Shown piece by piece: positions 28,970-39,481 of a stretch of DNA of 64,000 nucleotides (position 1 is its first letter; each line of letters opens with the position of its first letter). This stretch comes from an uncultured virus (IMG/VR IMGVR_UViG_3300045945_000056). Lineage: Duplodnaviria > Heunggongvirae > Uroviricota > Caudoviricetes. Position numbers and translations under genes: made by a program. The stretch lies in IMG/VR virus record IMGVR_UViG_3300045945_000056, one strand, 5' to 3'. The notes beneath the pieces are model-generated. The model worked only from the letters and a program-made list of their open reading frames with translations, had not been told where the DNA came from and made no database searches.

Positions 28970-29197
28970 ATGCAGCCTGAACGTACAAGAAATTGGTTAA
29001 GTATTGTGCTCCCAATATTACGTGAGGGCGGGCCTATAGTATCGCTAACATTATTACTTATAGGTACGATAACTGTATGGTGGCTTATCGGAGCGTTAAA
29101 TCGCTCGCAAGAAATATCGCGTGTTTTCTACGAGAAATTAATTACATGTTTAGATAAACAGGTTGATTTAGCACGTAATTGCACTCAGAAGGATTAG
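28970..29197 (+). CDS. Small membrane protein (holin-like)
   Basis: One strongly hydrophobic segment. Confidence 0.45.
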   Translation: MQPERTRNWLSIVLPILREGGPIVSLTLLLIGTITVWWLIGALNRSQEISRVFYEKLITCLDKQVDLARNCTQKD

Positions 29198-29199
29198 TT

Positions 29200-29733
29200 A
29201 TGCCACTTCCGCAGCGCGGGGTAAGTTACTCATTCAATATAAGTTTATTGGATTCAGCGAATCCAGGTAGAATTAAAAAAACACCAACAATTACTGCGGG
29301 CGATTTTAAGATAAGTAAAGATGCTGGTACGTTAGCTAATTTAGCTACGTTACCAAGCGAAGCACCTGCAGGTTCGGGATGTATAACAGTTACACTAAGC
29401 GCAATTGAAATGACTGCAGATAAAATACAAGTTGTGTGGAGTGATCCCGAGTTTGAATGGGGTGATGGCTACGTATTTTTTGATGCACCTGCGAACATGC
29501 TGTTCGCAAGCGATTATCAAAATTTAGGCACAACGCAAATGATCGAAGCATATGCCCCTGACGGGACCGCGCCGACTCGCGACCAAATGTTATTTATGAT
29601 TTATTCTGCAGTGGCTCAATTCATAATTTCAGGTACGACAATAAATGCGAAGAGATTAGATGGTGCTACAGATGCAATGATATTTACTATGGACAGTAGC
29701 ACAACGCCACTCCAACGAATAAGAACGAGCTAA
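29200..29733 (+). CDS. Virion-associated hypothetical protein
   Basis: ORF with ISKDAG and L.A.EM.AD motifs. Confidence 0.6.
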   Translation: MPLPQRGVSYSFNISLLDSANPGRIKKTPTITAGDFKISKDAGTLANLATLPSEAPAGSGCITVTLSAIEMTADKIQVVWSDPEFEWGDGYVFFDAPANMLFASDYQNLGTTQMIEAYAPDGTAPTRDQMLFMIYSAVAQFIISGTTINAKRLDGATDAMIFTMDSSTTPLQRIRTS

Positions 29734-29775
29734 GCTCGGATTTAAAATTTTAACACTGGAAGATACTTTACTTTT

Positions 29776-30246
29776 ATGTTAGCGAATATTGTTACTAAAC
29801 TTGGTGCACCACAGTACATCGTTACACATGGATTTGGCTTTATAGGTACTGCGGTAATAGTTAGCGCAAGTCCAATACGACTTAATTTTACTGTAACTGG
29901 TGTTGGTCAAGTCCAACAACCGAGCATTATTTATGCTTCGCCAATATACTTAGAACTTCATCTTACAGGTGTAGCACAAGTAAGTACACGGAATATTATC
30001 TATGTTGATCCGATTAGATTAAACTTTGAGTTAAATGGTGGAGCACTTGGACATAAAGTATTTTATTTAGACTTCGAGGTATATTTAGATTTCGAGCCGG
30101 AATTATTGGCAAATATTACTACGCAAATTTCTTGTAAAGTTTTACTTAGTTTTGAGCCAGAACTAATTGCTAGAGCAAATTTGGAATTAAGTTTGTCCAC
30201 TATAGTGGACAAAGAAGAGGAGGTAGCAATTGCTCGAATTACGTGA
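29776..30246 (+). CDS. Hypothetical protein with short repeats
   Basis: I.ASPI.L x3; LDFE repeats. Confidence 0.55.
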   Translation: MLANIVTKLGAPQYIVTHGFGFIGTAVIVSASPIRLNFTVTGVGQVQQPSIIYASPIYLELHLTGVAQVSTRNIIYVDPIRLNFELNGGALGHKVFYLDFEVYLDFEPELLANITTQISCKVLLSFEPELIARANLELSLSTIVDKEEEVAIARIT

Positions 30247-30532
30247 GGAAGATGTAGGTGTAGTAATGCGATGGACTATCTATGACGATATAAACATCGC
30301 GGATATTAGTTTAGCTACAGTAAAGGAAGTTAAATTACTTAAACCCGATTTAACTTCTGTAACTAAGCCACTAAGTTTTCAGACTGATGGCAGCGATGGT
30401 CGAGTGTATTATGTAGTGGAAGCAGGAGTGCTTAATATTACCGGAATTTACATTTGGCAACTTTATTTAGAAATACCTCCGTACAAGGGACACTCAGATA
30501 AAGGCGAATTACTTGTAGAAAGTATTATTTAA
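30230..30532 (+). CDS. BppU N-terminal-like small virion protein
   Basis: DIS.AT...KPD...DGRV.Y...G.L...G.Y..Q pattern. Confidence 0.55.
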   Translation: MLELREEDVGVVMRWTIYDDINIADISLATVKEVKLLKPDLTSVTKPLSFQTDGSDGRVYYVVEAGVLNITGIYIWQLYLEIPPYKGHSDKGELLVESII

Positions 30533-30725
30533 TTTAGTTGCGCGTAGCGCCAGTTGGTAAGGTGTAAACGTAGAAAGTTCAATCGTCGCCCCGGCACTTC
30601 GTGCAAGGTGCTCCTCCGGTATATCGGTGCTCGTAGGAATGGGAGGTTATCGCCTGCGGCTCATTGTATCGTATATCGGAGATGTGCCCCCGAATTAAAA
30701 TTTTAACACTGGAAGGAAACTCGCG

Positions 30726-31835
30726 ATGGCATTAGTTACAGTAAATCCAGAAGGTCAACTTATTCCTACCGCGCCACCACCCCAACCAACTCCCGATACT
30801 ACGCCATATTTTTATGAGCAACGTTCATACCCAGATTGGTTGCTAACACCAGAAGGACGGATTAATCCATATTTGATTCAAATGATAGCTGGAATTGGTG
30901 CTGAAATGGATCCGCGTGGCGCAGGCGGAATATTGGGCCGGGCTACGATAAACTACAGTAATGCTCAAGCGGCTGAGCGCGCTTATAACGAACAAATGAA
31001 AAATTACAGTGCGCGTAACGAAGAGTTATTTAGAATACTACGAGGCTGGGGACCAATGGGTCCAAAAGGTGAAATGGGGCCAACTTCGGCACAAGTAAAT
31101 CCAGATCGTAGCGTGACAATTAAAGGAAATTTGGCGAATGATCCAGATCAACCAATTAAACAAACTGATATGCAAGGAAGGCCAGTTAGCACTGGCGAAC
31201 CTGATGTGATGCGAAATAGAATTATGCCACCAATGGAACCTGATATGCCTGCTGGAAGAACAATAACTAATGCAGATCCAGAGCGTGTAGCGCAGTTTCG
31301 CGGACAAACTCGAGGTGTACAACCTACACCACAAATGTACGTACCAACTCAGCCTACACCACCCGTACCAATTCCACTACCTGTACCTGGAATAGAGCCA
31401 GCACCTTTACCACCGCGGCCTAATAATCAAAGATATTATGGTACTGAGGGACCTACTACTGAAGTTAGTCCAACTGGCGCGCCTATTCGACGTATAGCTA
31501 TGCAGACTGAATCGCTACAGGCGCCTACAGATGTTCCGCAAATGTTAGAGCCCGAAGTTGTAACTGCACAGCGCGAACTTTTCCCTGGCGGTGATGCACC
31601 ATTAGGCCCAAGCCAATCACCAATACCCTCACGCATACCAATGCAACAAGCTATAACTGCATTATCTAACCCACCACAACGCCAAGTACCTCAACGTGCA
31701 GAGCGTCCAGTAGAACAGCCGGTAATTAGTGGTGGAGGTGGAATGGTGTTACCGCCAAACGCGCAAGCTTTGTTGCCAACACCGCGCAGACGCTCGCAAA
31801 CTATTCCAGATTTACGAGACGTAATCCCTTTTTAG
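30726..31835 (+). CDS. Pro/Gln-rich putative ejection protein (0-frame)
   Basis: 369 aa ending at slippery CCCTTTTTAG. Confidence 0.7.
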   Translation: MALVTVNPEGQLIPTAPPPQPTPDTTPYFYEQRSYPDWLLTPEGRINPYLIQMIAGIGAEMDPRGAGGILGRATINYSNAQAAERAYNEQMKNYSARNEELFRILRGWGPMGPKGEMGPTSAQVNPDRSVTIKGNLANDPDQPIKQTDMQGRPVSTGEPDVMRNRIMPPMEPDMPAGRTITNADPERVAQFRGQTRGVQPTPQMYVPTQPTPPVPIPLPVPGIEPAPLPPRPNNQRYYGTEGPTTEVSPTGAPIRRIAMQTESLQAPTDVPQMLEPEVVTAQRELFPGGDAPLGPSQSPIPSRIPMQQAITALSNPPQRQVPQRAERPVEQPVISGGGGMVLPPNAQALLPTPRRRSQTIPDLRDVIPF

Positions 31836-32749
31836 CTGGCCCGGGTGCAGGAAGCGTATCTGTAGCCGGGCTTACACCAGAACAAATTAACCAAGTTGCT
31901 TCGCGTGATATAGCGTTAGAACAATTACGCCAGAGGAGCGTGGGTAGTTTGTTTGATGCTGGCGTTAATATGGCACAGATTAATAGGCTCGAAGATGCGG
32001 GATTGCTTGACGAGCAGCAGGCCGAGAGGTTACGCCAGCTTATGCCTGGTGCTGCTGAAGCACAACAAGCTGAAACTGATCTGCGTAATGCTCAAGCGGC
32101 TGAATCTCGGCAAAGAGTTGAACTGGCTAAAATGTTGGGCACCTTGCCTAAAGAGAAACTAGTGGAGGAGATAAATAAATTACGCCAAGATATTGAGCAA
32201 GGTAAAGCCACTATTGAACTAGAAGACGATCAAGGGCGTAAATTCAAAGTACCTTCGACGCAGTATCTCGAAGCGCTAATTCGTTCTCTGGGGTCGCGTG
32301 GTGAGAGTGGTGGATTAACCGAATTCCAGCGCAATCAAATACAGCGACAAGAGCGTGAAGATATACAGCGCGATGAAGATCAGGCGGCTAAAGCGGAGGG
32401 TATAATACAAAATCCTAAAGAGGGGGAAGATGTAACATCACAGGCAAATATATTTAACACTCGCTCAAGGGCGGATTACGCGTACTTACCAAAAGTGGGT
32501 GGGCGTAGCGTATTTAATCCAAATGCGTATAATCCATTTGCTGGACGCGCACCTGGTACTGCTGTAAAAATTCCGTTGCCTAAACTAAAGAAGCCCGGTA
32601 CTGACGCGATAGAGCAGTTAACCGCACGCGAACTAATGATTATGTTTAATAATAGGCAATTGCGTGGCGGGAGAAGTTTTCAGGAGTTTTTACTCCATGT
32701 TTGGGAAGATATGGCCAAGCAACCAGCGCCGAAGGAATTACGCGATTAG
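31826..32749 (+). CDS. -1 frame continuation of the putative ejection protein
   Basis: Frame of ORF 31940-32749 is open back through 31826, with no well-spaced RBS and start. Confidence 0.65.
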   Translation, partial: PFLAGPGAGSVSVAGLTPEQINQVASRDIALEQLRQRSVGSLFDAGVNMAQINRLEDAGLLDEQQAERLRQLMPGAAEAQQAETDLRNAQAAESRQRVELAKMLGTLPKEKLVEEINKLRQDIEQGKATIELEDDQGRKFKVPSTQYLEALIRSLGSRGESGGLTEFQRNQIQRQEREDIQRDEDQAAKAEGIIQNPKEGEDVTSQANIFNTRSRADYAYLPKVGGRSVFNPNAYNPFAGRAPGTAVKIPLPKLKKPGTDAIEQLTARELMIMFNNRQLRGGRSFQEFLLHVWEDMAKQPAPKELRD

Positions 32750-32875
32750 CCTGCATTGATAAAATTTTAATTGCGAGGACTTTATGTGCTTGCACGGCAC
32801 CCCGCCCACGGTGTTCACCTTTGGTGAACAGGTTCCAGTGATAAAATTTTAATTCGCTGATTTTATTCCAGCGTG

Positions 32876-33065
32876 TAGCACTTAGGGGCTCGTAATTTGC
32901 GATGCTTTACAAGCGAGGAAGCGTTAGCGCAAGCACAGTTACGATTGCCAGCTGGGGCGACGATCGAAGGAGGCGCCTTGCTGGCAATATAACTGTGCGA
33001 CTCGCTTGTCAAGCAGCAAAGCAAATTACGGGGGACCCCTTGGTGCGAAACATTAAAAATGTAAG
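32876..33065 (-). repeat. B-type long hairpin element, copy 1
   Basis: Nested arms GTAATTTGC/GCAAATTAC, ACAAGCGAG/CTCGCTTGT and GCACAGTTA/TAACTGTGC. Homologous to 48360-48540. Confidence 0.75.
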
Positions 33066-33073
33066 GTGCTAAT

Positions 33074-36000
33074 ATGGCAACTGTATTTCCAAGTTTAGAA
33101 AGTGTAATATTTGAACGAATGAATAGAAAGACCACCCAACCACCAAGCGTATTTGATGATGAAGAAGCGCAACTTGTAGAGCGAGCTTTATATAATTTAG
33201 AGTTAAATAAAGATATCCAGCTTCCTCAAGCGCCTAAAACTTCGTTTACTGTTCCCCAAGCTATACGTGATATACCAGCCGCAGCTGGTCAAGCAATAAG
33301 TACTGTTTTACCTTCACGCGCGCAACCACTGGGTGCGCTGAGGTTTAATCCGTATGCTGAAGTTGGTGCGCAGGCATTAACTGGTGGTGCTGCATATGTA
33401 GCTGGTAGTGTGGGTAGCGCACTAAGTTATTTAAAACGCTTGTATGATGAAGGCGCACTATCTTTACCCGATACACCCGATATTGCTCCGTTTGAAAATA
33501 TTACGCAACAATATACGTACCAACCGCGTACTAGATTAGGCCAAATTGGATCGGATATAGCACTCGCACCAATTGCGTTAGTTCAAGGCGCGGCAACTGC
33601 TGCATCTAAGAAAGCAATTGATCTTGGCTTTTCGCCTGAAATTGCTGGTGCAGTTGGTGCTGGTGTTGAAATTGCTGCGATGATTCTTACTGATCGTGCG
33701 TTCGGTCGTGTACATAGAGCTAACAGGCGCGCTGCGATTGATTTAATGCAAGCTATGGAGTTAGGTGATAATGTAAGAATACAAGCTAATACTAACGAAC
33801 TTCTTTCTAAAATTAGTCAAGAAGAATTAACTGCAGCTAGGAACCGTTTACTTGGTACATTACGAACTCGGGAACAAAATTTAATCACTGGAAATATTCG
33901 AGCAGATGCTTTAATGGCGGCGCGTGGAATAATTGATCCGCTTTTAGATGAACTTCAGGGTGGCGAGTTGCGTGGAATGCAATTAACACAAAATTTACGC
34001 CAACTTAAAGGTGCAATTTATAACGCTACATCGCCTGGTACTACAGCGGAGAGATTAGCCGAGCTTGGTTATGGTGAAACAACTATTAATTACCTTACCC
34101 CGCGACTCCGTGATATATCAGTAACACGACGCAACGTACCAGACCAGCCTAGGCGTGCTGTACCAACTGTACCTACTGAACCTGAAGTTTTACCGCCAAT
34201 TGAATCTGCGGTACCGCGTGCTCGTCCACCTGGAATGTTCTCTAATTATATTTTAGATGCGTTTGATGTTATGATGGATCCGAATCAACCGCCAAGCGCA
34301 CAGATGAACGCGGCGCGGCGGATAATGCGTGAAGCTAATGTAACTAGTCCAGGAAATTTAGAAGCGGGCCTGCGTGGACTTGGCTTACCCGATGATATTA
34401 TACGTGATTTTGGTCCAATGTTTAATACAGTATTAAATGCGGCTTTAGACTTGCCTGATATTCAACCAATACAAACTGTTACTGGTCGTACTCCTGTGCG
34501 CGGTATGACGGTTGAAGATTTTACTCCGGTAGCTAATCAATTAAATCCTCAGCAATTAGCTGAGCGGATTTATGACCAACGTTACTCTGCACAAGCACGC
34601 CTTGGTGCTATGCGTGAGTTGCAGTTGCGTGCTCAAGAGGCGGGTGGATTAGATAAACTTGGATTAGATGAGGCAATTGTTGCTCGACTTGAACCGCGCA
34701 TGCGGAATATATTACCCAGCGAACGTCCGCCTGAACCACCACCGGAACCTTTACCAGTTGAACCTACACCAACACCTACGCCTACTCCAACTGCGCCAAC
34801 TGGAGCTGCGGCACCTTTAGCTGGTGAGCGCATACCAACCAGAGTGCGTACTCCTGAGCAAGTAGTTAGCGACGCGCTTGATGTTTTACTTAGCAATGAT
34901 AGTACGTTACAAACTCGTGGTGCTGCATTGAGCGATTTAAAACGCGAAGCTCTTCGAGCTGTCCCTGGTAATGTCGAGGCGGGATTGCGTAAGTTAGGCG
35001 TGGAAGAACAATACATAGCTGATTTTTTACCTGCTATGCGTCAAACTGTTGTTGGTAGACCACGGCAAGCTGCACCAACTATACCGCGTACTATAGTTGA
35101 AGAACCTCCTTCCAGGCCCGTGGCTCCGAGTGAACCTGTGTTACCTACACGTCAAGGTGATTTTGCTACACGCGCACGTGATATACTAGACGCATTATTT
35201 AGAAATCCCAATAGTGAAACAGCGCTGGCAGAGGCGCGCAGATTCTTAGATGATACTGCCGCTTCAACTGATCTTGCTGTAAAGACACTTCGTGCGCGGA
35301 TACAAAAGACAGGTTTAGTTGGCCCGGAACTTATAGCGAATAAAATTACTCCTGAACAGCAAGGTGTACTCGATGAAGCAAATAGAATATTGAATGATCC
35401 TAATGCGCCGCTACGTGAACGTAATGATGCGCGCAGTATGATACAAGGTATTGCGGAAAGGTTGAGCGTTAAACCAGAAACTCTACGTTCGGAAATTAGT
35501 GCTCCTGCAACTGAAGCAGTTGTAACTCCTACGCGATTCCAAGAATATCAGCGAAATGCTACGGCTATTAATGGCGTACCTCAACCAGATTTAGTTATAG
35601 CGCGCTTTTTACGCCAAAAGGGAATCGAGTTAACTGAACAACAATTTAATGCTATGAGTGCGGAGTCTAGTAAGATACCGCAAACTCCGGAAGCTCTAGC
35701 AAGCTATGCTCAGAACTATCTGCGTAATCATTCAACCGGGTTGACTGAAGCAACGGCAAAATTAAATGACGGTAACTTGAGCCAACCCAAGGATTTAACT
35801 CAACAGCAACGTGCAGAATATGTTGCTTCAGGCGAGCACGAAACTATCCCATACACTTATGAGCAAATCAAACAGAATTTAGAGAATCGTGTAGATATTA
35901 GCGCGGAGTTGCCGCCTAAACTTGGTGAACTTTACCGCCGAGCTTTAAAGTATCACACTGACCAGATTGAAACACCGAATCGACGCACGTATAACCAAAT

Positions 36001-38260
36001 ACTTCGGTCGATTAAAAATTTAGTCCCCACGCCTGATGAAACTACTCTCGGTGCATTTTATCCTGGTGGTATTGGTCCAGAGCAGCGTATGGCATTTAAT
36101 GAATTGAAGAATGATGCGATTCGATTTGGTAAAGATATAATGCAAATAATTAGGCGCGACCCAAGATTAAATGAAATCCAAAAAGCCATCTATGAGGAGT
36201 ACAATAGATCATCGCAATCACCTCCGCCTAAGCCTTACATGAGCCTAAATAATATGGGCTTCGATAGTGAGGCTTCGCTACGCGGAGACTTTGTTATAAA
36301 GCGTACGAAAGGCGAAGTTGATGGTACGCACAGACCAGAGATTTATTTTAACGATTGGTTTGCGGTAGCTTCGGTAGATGATTTAACTCCGCGAGCACAG
36401 CTAACTAATTTTCAGAAGGTGACTCGGCCTGAAAGTTTCCAGACTTTAGCACGTAAGCTACTTGCCGCTGGTCAGGGTGATATTGTACATGCGTATAGAG
36501 GAGTGGAGCAAAATTTAATTAAGGATCGCGCAGATTATATGAAGGCAATTAAGCGTATCCGACGCCAATTCTCTGAGGAACAACAGCGCGCAATTGGGGC
36601 GGATATGTTCTTGAATGAAGGTTCGATTGATCTTTTAATTGAATCGAATGTAGAACCTCGACCAATTACAGCAAAGGAATTAACTGTTGAAGCATTTGTT
36701 CGGGGTATATTCGACGATTTGTTTGGACGTGCACAGGAAGTGAGATCTAATACCGGTCGAGGTCCGATGGACTATGTAACACACTATATTACTCATATGC
36801 GTGCGACTAATTTAGATGAAGCATTTGGTATAAAAACTAGCATTGTTGAGGACACTGCAGCTTTGCAGAACCAACGCTTCGCAAATTTAAAGAACACCCC
36901 ATTTCCAATGGAGCGTACTAGGCGAGGTGGTGTATTTCCAGCTGAGATGAACGTGTTTGATATACTAGAGAATTATGTAGATTATGCGCTGCGACAAATA
37001 CACTTGGGTCCATTCGTAGCTAAAGTGCACGAATTAATCGACACGCCTATTATTGATCCAACTACGGGTAATACTTGGCGTATGTCGGTGGAGAAGCCTG
37101 AACTGTACAAGGTGATAAGTGAGTGGAATAATCACATCGCAGGTAAGCCTGAACAATCTATTCCATCACCCTGGAACAGTATACTATTCTCAATTGGTCG
37201 AAGTTTAGGTAATTCGCAAATAGCAGGTAATATATCTTCCATAGCTATTCAGCCATTGGGCCTGCTAAACACAGGGCAGCTGTATGGTTATGGTAGAACA
37301 ATCCAAGCTACATTGGGATATATGGCCGATTTAGCTACGCCGGGTCATCCTAAGATGAAATTTAGGCGGGAACATTCTAAAAGTTTGGACGTGCGTAATC
37401 CGGATATATACTTTGATGAAGCTGGCGCGGGAGTATTAGAAAATTTACTCCAGCAGAATAGATTGACTCGACGCGCAGGAGAGGCCGCACAGCGAGCTAG
37501 CACATACCTTGGTGATGTAGGTACACGGGGGCTTAGATTTACTGACCAAATTGCTGCAGATATTAGTTGGGATGTTGGATATGATTTCGCGCTGAAGGCG
37601 GGTAAAACTGGCGAAGCTGCATTTAATATAGCGGACGATGCAGTTACGCTAACTCAAGGCAGTGCACTTCGCGGTGAGCGTGCTCCAATTCAACGTAAGC
37701 AGTGGGGTCGTGCACTAACGCAGTTTCAAACATTTGCGATTAATAATTATGATATGATAACCAGTCAAGTGTTGGGTATAGCTAACAAAAATATGACCAA
37801 TAAACAGGTGGTGGGTAATGTGCTAAAGTTTCTTGGTGCTGGAACTATACTCAACTTCCTAATGGAAGATATGGGCGAGGGTACATCACCTCTGCCAAAT
37901 CCGCCTTTAGCATTTACACGGACATTATTGCGTGGACCTGAGCCGAATCAGAGCGAGTTAAGTTATCTCGTTGAGCTTGGGCTTGGTAGTACGTTGGGTG
38001 AGGCGGCTAAGATTATTCCATTTGCTAGTTCGCTGAAAGTTCGAGGCGGGCAGCTCGGAGGACCAACAGCGGGATTTATTTCGAGTATGGGCCGAGCATT
38101 AATTGGTGAAGAAGGTACAAGTTTACCTAGAACAGTTCTGCGCAGTTTAGTGCCTGGTGGACTGCAAATAGATAAGATGTTCTTCGCGCCAGAGAAGAAG
38201 AACACACAATCGTTTAAATCTAATCGGGATGATCGACCGAGTTTAGGTGGGGTAAGGTAA
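33074..38260 (+). CDS. Large internal virion/ejection protein (1728 aa)
   Basis: Last late gene, very large, helical C-terminus with LTQFQTF. Typical position of a podovirus gp16-like protein. Confidence 0.7.
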   Translation: MATVFPSLESVIFERMNRKTTQPPSVFDDEEAQLVERALYNLELNKDIQLPQAPKTSFTVPQAIRDIPAAAGQAISTVLPSRAQPLGALRFNPYAEVGAQALTGGAAYVAGSVGSALSYLKRLYDEGALSLPDTPDIAPFENITQQYTYQPRTRLGQIGSDIALAPIALVQGAATAASKKAIDLGFSPEIAGAVGAGVEIAAMILTDRAFGRVHRANRRAAIDLMQAMELGDNVRIQANTNELLSKISQEELTAARNRLLGTLRTREQNLITGNIRADALMAARGIIDPLLDELQGGELRGMQLTQNLRQLKGAIYNATSPGTTAERLAELGYGETTINYLTPRLRDISVTRRNVPDQPRRAVPTVPTEPEVLPPIESAVPRARPPGMFSNYILDAFDVMMDPNQPPSAQMNAARRIMREANVTSPGNLEAGLRGLGLPDDIIRDFGPMFNTVLNAALDLPDIQPIQTVTGRTPVRGMTVEDFTPVANQLNPQQLAERIYDQRYSAQARLGAMRELQLRAQEAGGLDKLGLDEAIVARLEPRMRNILPSERPPEPPPEPLPVEPTPTPTPTPTAPTGAAAPLAGERIPTRVRTPEQVVSDALDVLLSNDSTLQTRGAALSDLKREALRAVPGNVEAGLRKLGVEEQYIADFLPAMRQTVVGRPRQAAPTIPRTIVEEPPSRPVAPSEPVLPTRQGDFATRARDILDALFRNPNSETALAEARRFLDDTAASTDLAVKTLRARIQKTGLVGPELIANKITPEQQGVLDEANRILNDPNAPLRERNDARSMIQGIAERLSVKPETLRSEISAPATEAVVTPTRFQEYQRNATAINGVPQPDLVIARFLRQKGIELTEQQFNAMSAESSKIPQTPEALASYAQNYLRNHSTGLTEATAKLNDGNLSQPKDLTQQQRAEYVASGEHETIPYTYEQIKQNLENRVDISAELPPKLGELYRRALKYHTDQIETPNRRTYNQILRSIKNLVPTPDETTLGAFYPGGIGPEQRMAFNELKNDAIRFGKDIMQIIRRDPRLNEIQKAIYEEYNRSSQSPPPKPYMSLNNMGFDSEASLRGDFVIKRTKGEVDGTHRPEIYFNDWFAVASVDDLTPRAQLTNFQKVTRPESFQTLARKLLAAGQGDIVHAYRGVEQNLIKDRADYMKAIKRIRRQFSEEQQRAIGADMFLNEGSIDLLIESNVEPRPITAKELTVEAFVRGIFDDLFGRAQEVRSNTGRGPMDYVTHYITHMRATNLDEAFGIKTSIVEDTAALQNQRFANLKNTPFPMERTRRGGVFPAEMNVFDILENYVDYALRQIHLGPFVAKVHELIDTPIIDPTTGNTWRMSVEKPELYKVISEWNNHIAGKPEQSIPSPWNSILFSIGRSLGNSQIAGNISSIAIQPLGLLNTGQLYGYGRTIQATLGYMADLATPGHPKMKFRREHSKSLDVRNPDIYFDEAGAGVLENLLQQNRLTRRAGEAAQRASTYLGDVGTRGLRFTDQIAADISWDVGYDFALKAGKTGEAAFNIADDAVTLTQGSALRGERAPIQRKQWGRALTQFQTFAINNYDMITSQVLGIANKNMTNKQVVGNVLKFLGAGTILNFLMEDMGEGTSPLPNPPLAFTRTLLRGPEPNQSELSYLVELGLGSTLGEAAKIIPFASSLKVRGGQLGGPTAGFISSMGRALIGEEGTSLPRTVLRSLVPGGLQIDKMFFAPEKKNTQSFKSNRDDRPSLGGVR

Positions 38261-38261
38261 G

Positions 38262-38286
38262 TGGAGGGAAGTTGTTAGCTTCCCTC
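38262..38286. terminator. Hairpin between convergent late and replication operons
   Basis: GGAGGGAAG/CTTCCCTCC stem; no clear U-tract. Confidence 0.5.
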
Positions 38287-38311
38287 CGATTTAAAATTTT
38301 AACACTGGAAC

Positions 38312-39472
38312 CTAATCCGCTAATCTAATCTCCCCTGTATTCTGAAACCAATTTAAGCAACCAGTTTTCTCAAGTGACACCAATATATCATCGAATTCAT
38401 GTGGCATAACATCATCCAAAAATAATCCCAACAACTCGCCGTACTTTATCGAACCAGCGCGCGAAACTACTTCAATTACTCTAGCAATTACAGTTGCATA
38501 CGAGTTTTGTCCAACGCCGCGTAGTGCTTTAGGCATATGTACCTCGGCATGTTCGAGCGTTTTAATTGCCAATGCCAAATCTATATCATCAATAATCATA
38601 CTAGCTTCGCGCGATACGTGCATAATAATAGACAATTTTAACACCATCTCTGGCCGACGTTCGAAATAACCAGCAAATTTATCATCTTGGAATGGTGGAT
38701 TATCTTCCACACTTGTATACCATTTATCCCAAAGTTCATCATATGCTGGTGTAGTAGCGAATGGTCCAGTAAGTAAATGAATCTCCTCAAGTCGCGTCAA
38801 TAATTCTGCTCGAAGTTCACGTTCCAATTCAGTGGTACGAGGATTTGGTACAATTTTACCTTTTCGATTCGCGTAGATAAATATTATTCGAGAGCTTAAC
38901 CCACCCCCAATTGCATCCGGAGGTATGGTTTTCTGTATTAATGCGGGTGTAGTTGCGCCAATCATATTTACCCACACGTTTACGATTGAATCACTCGTAT
39001 CACGCTGTTTCGTTTCATAGTTCCAAATATCGCGGCAATCATACCAATCAGTTAAATCCGAGAACATTTGTGTGGAGCCATTACCGAGGAATACCGCGAG
39101 TTCAGGTGAATAAATTGTTAGACTAGAGTGTGGAGTTTCAAGACCATCTTCATTCCGATAAAACAGTCTAGCATTATTCAAAGATCGAATCAACGCTTCA
39201 CGCGTAGTTGCCTCGGCAGAGAGAACGACTTGCATAGCGGGTTCAGTTAACAATTTAAATCCCACTTTCATACTCGTTCCTTTGCGCGCTTTGCCAGGTG
39301 GCGCGACTAACACGATATAGAGATTTGGATAAATTACCAAATCATCGCTGCGAGGCAAGTATACCTTTCGTTGTAGCACACTGGCCAAACATGAAATGCC
39401 AACCCACCGTCTAAATATTTCTGGCGGTTCAGTGTTGTCGGTTAGGCGTAAATAATCTGTTAGCCAGTCCAT
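38312..39472 (-). CDS. DUF3987-like P-loop replication protein (primase/helicase-associated)
   Basis: TEPPEIF, YIVLVAPPGKARKGT, GATTP and GG..SR motifs. Confidence 0.75.
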   Translation of the reverse strand: MDWLTDYLRLTDNTEPPEIFRRWVGISCLASVLQRKVYLPRSDDLVIYPNLYIVLVAPPGKARKGTSMKVGFKLLTEPAMQVVLSAEATTREALIRSLNNARLFYRNEDGLETPHSSLTIYSPELAVFLGNGSTQMFSDLTDWYDCRDIWNYETKQRDTSDSIVNVWVNMIGATTPALIQKTIPPDAIGGGLSSRIIFIYANRKGKIVPNPRTTELERELRAELLTRLEEIHLLTGPFATTPAYDELWDKWYTSVEDNPPFQDDKFAGYFERRPEMVLKLSIIMHVSREASMIIDDIDLALAIKTLEHAEVHMPKALRGVGQNSYATVIARVIEVVSRAGSIKYGELLGLFLDDVMPHEFDDILVSLEKTGCLNWFQNTGEIRLAD

Positions 39473-39481
39473 GTTTTCTCC

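Noticed and set aside
30540..30600. tRNA-like words (TAGCGCCAGTTGGTA, GTTCAATC)
   Set aside because: No acceptor or anticodon stem can be formed, and the GTTCAATC belongs to the B GC-rich motif.
33074..38260. Virion RNA polymerase in the 1728-aa ORF
   Set aside because: I recognised no polymerase catalytic motifs by eye; a profile search is needed to exclude it.
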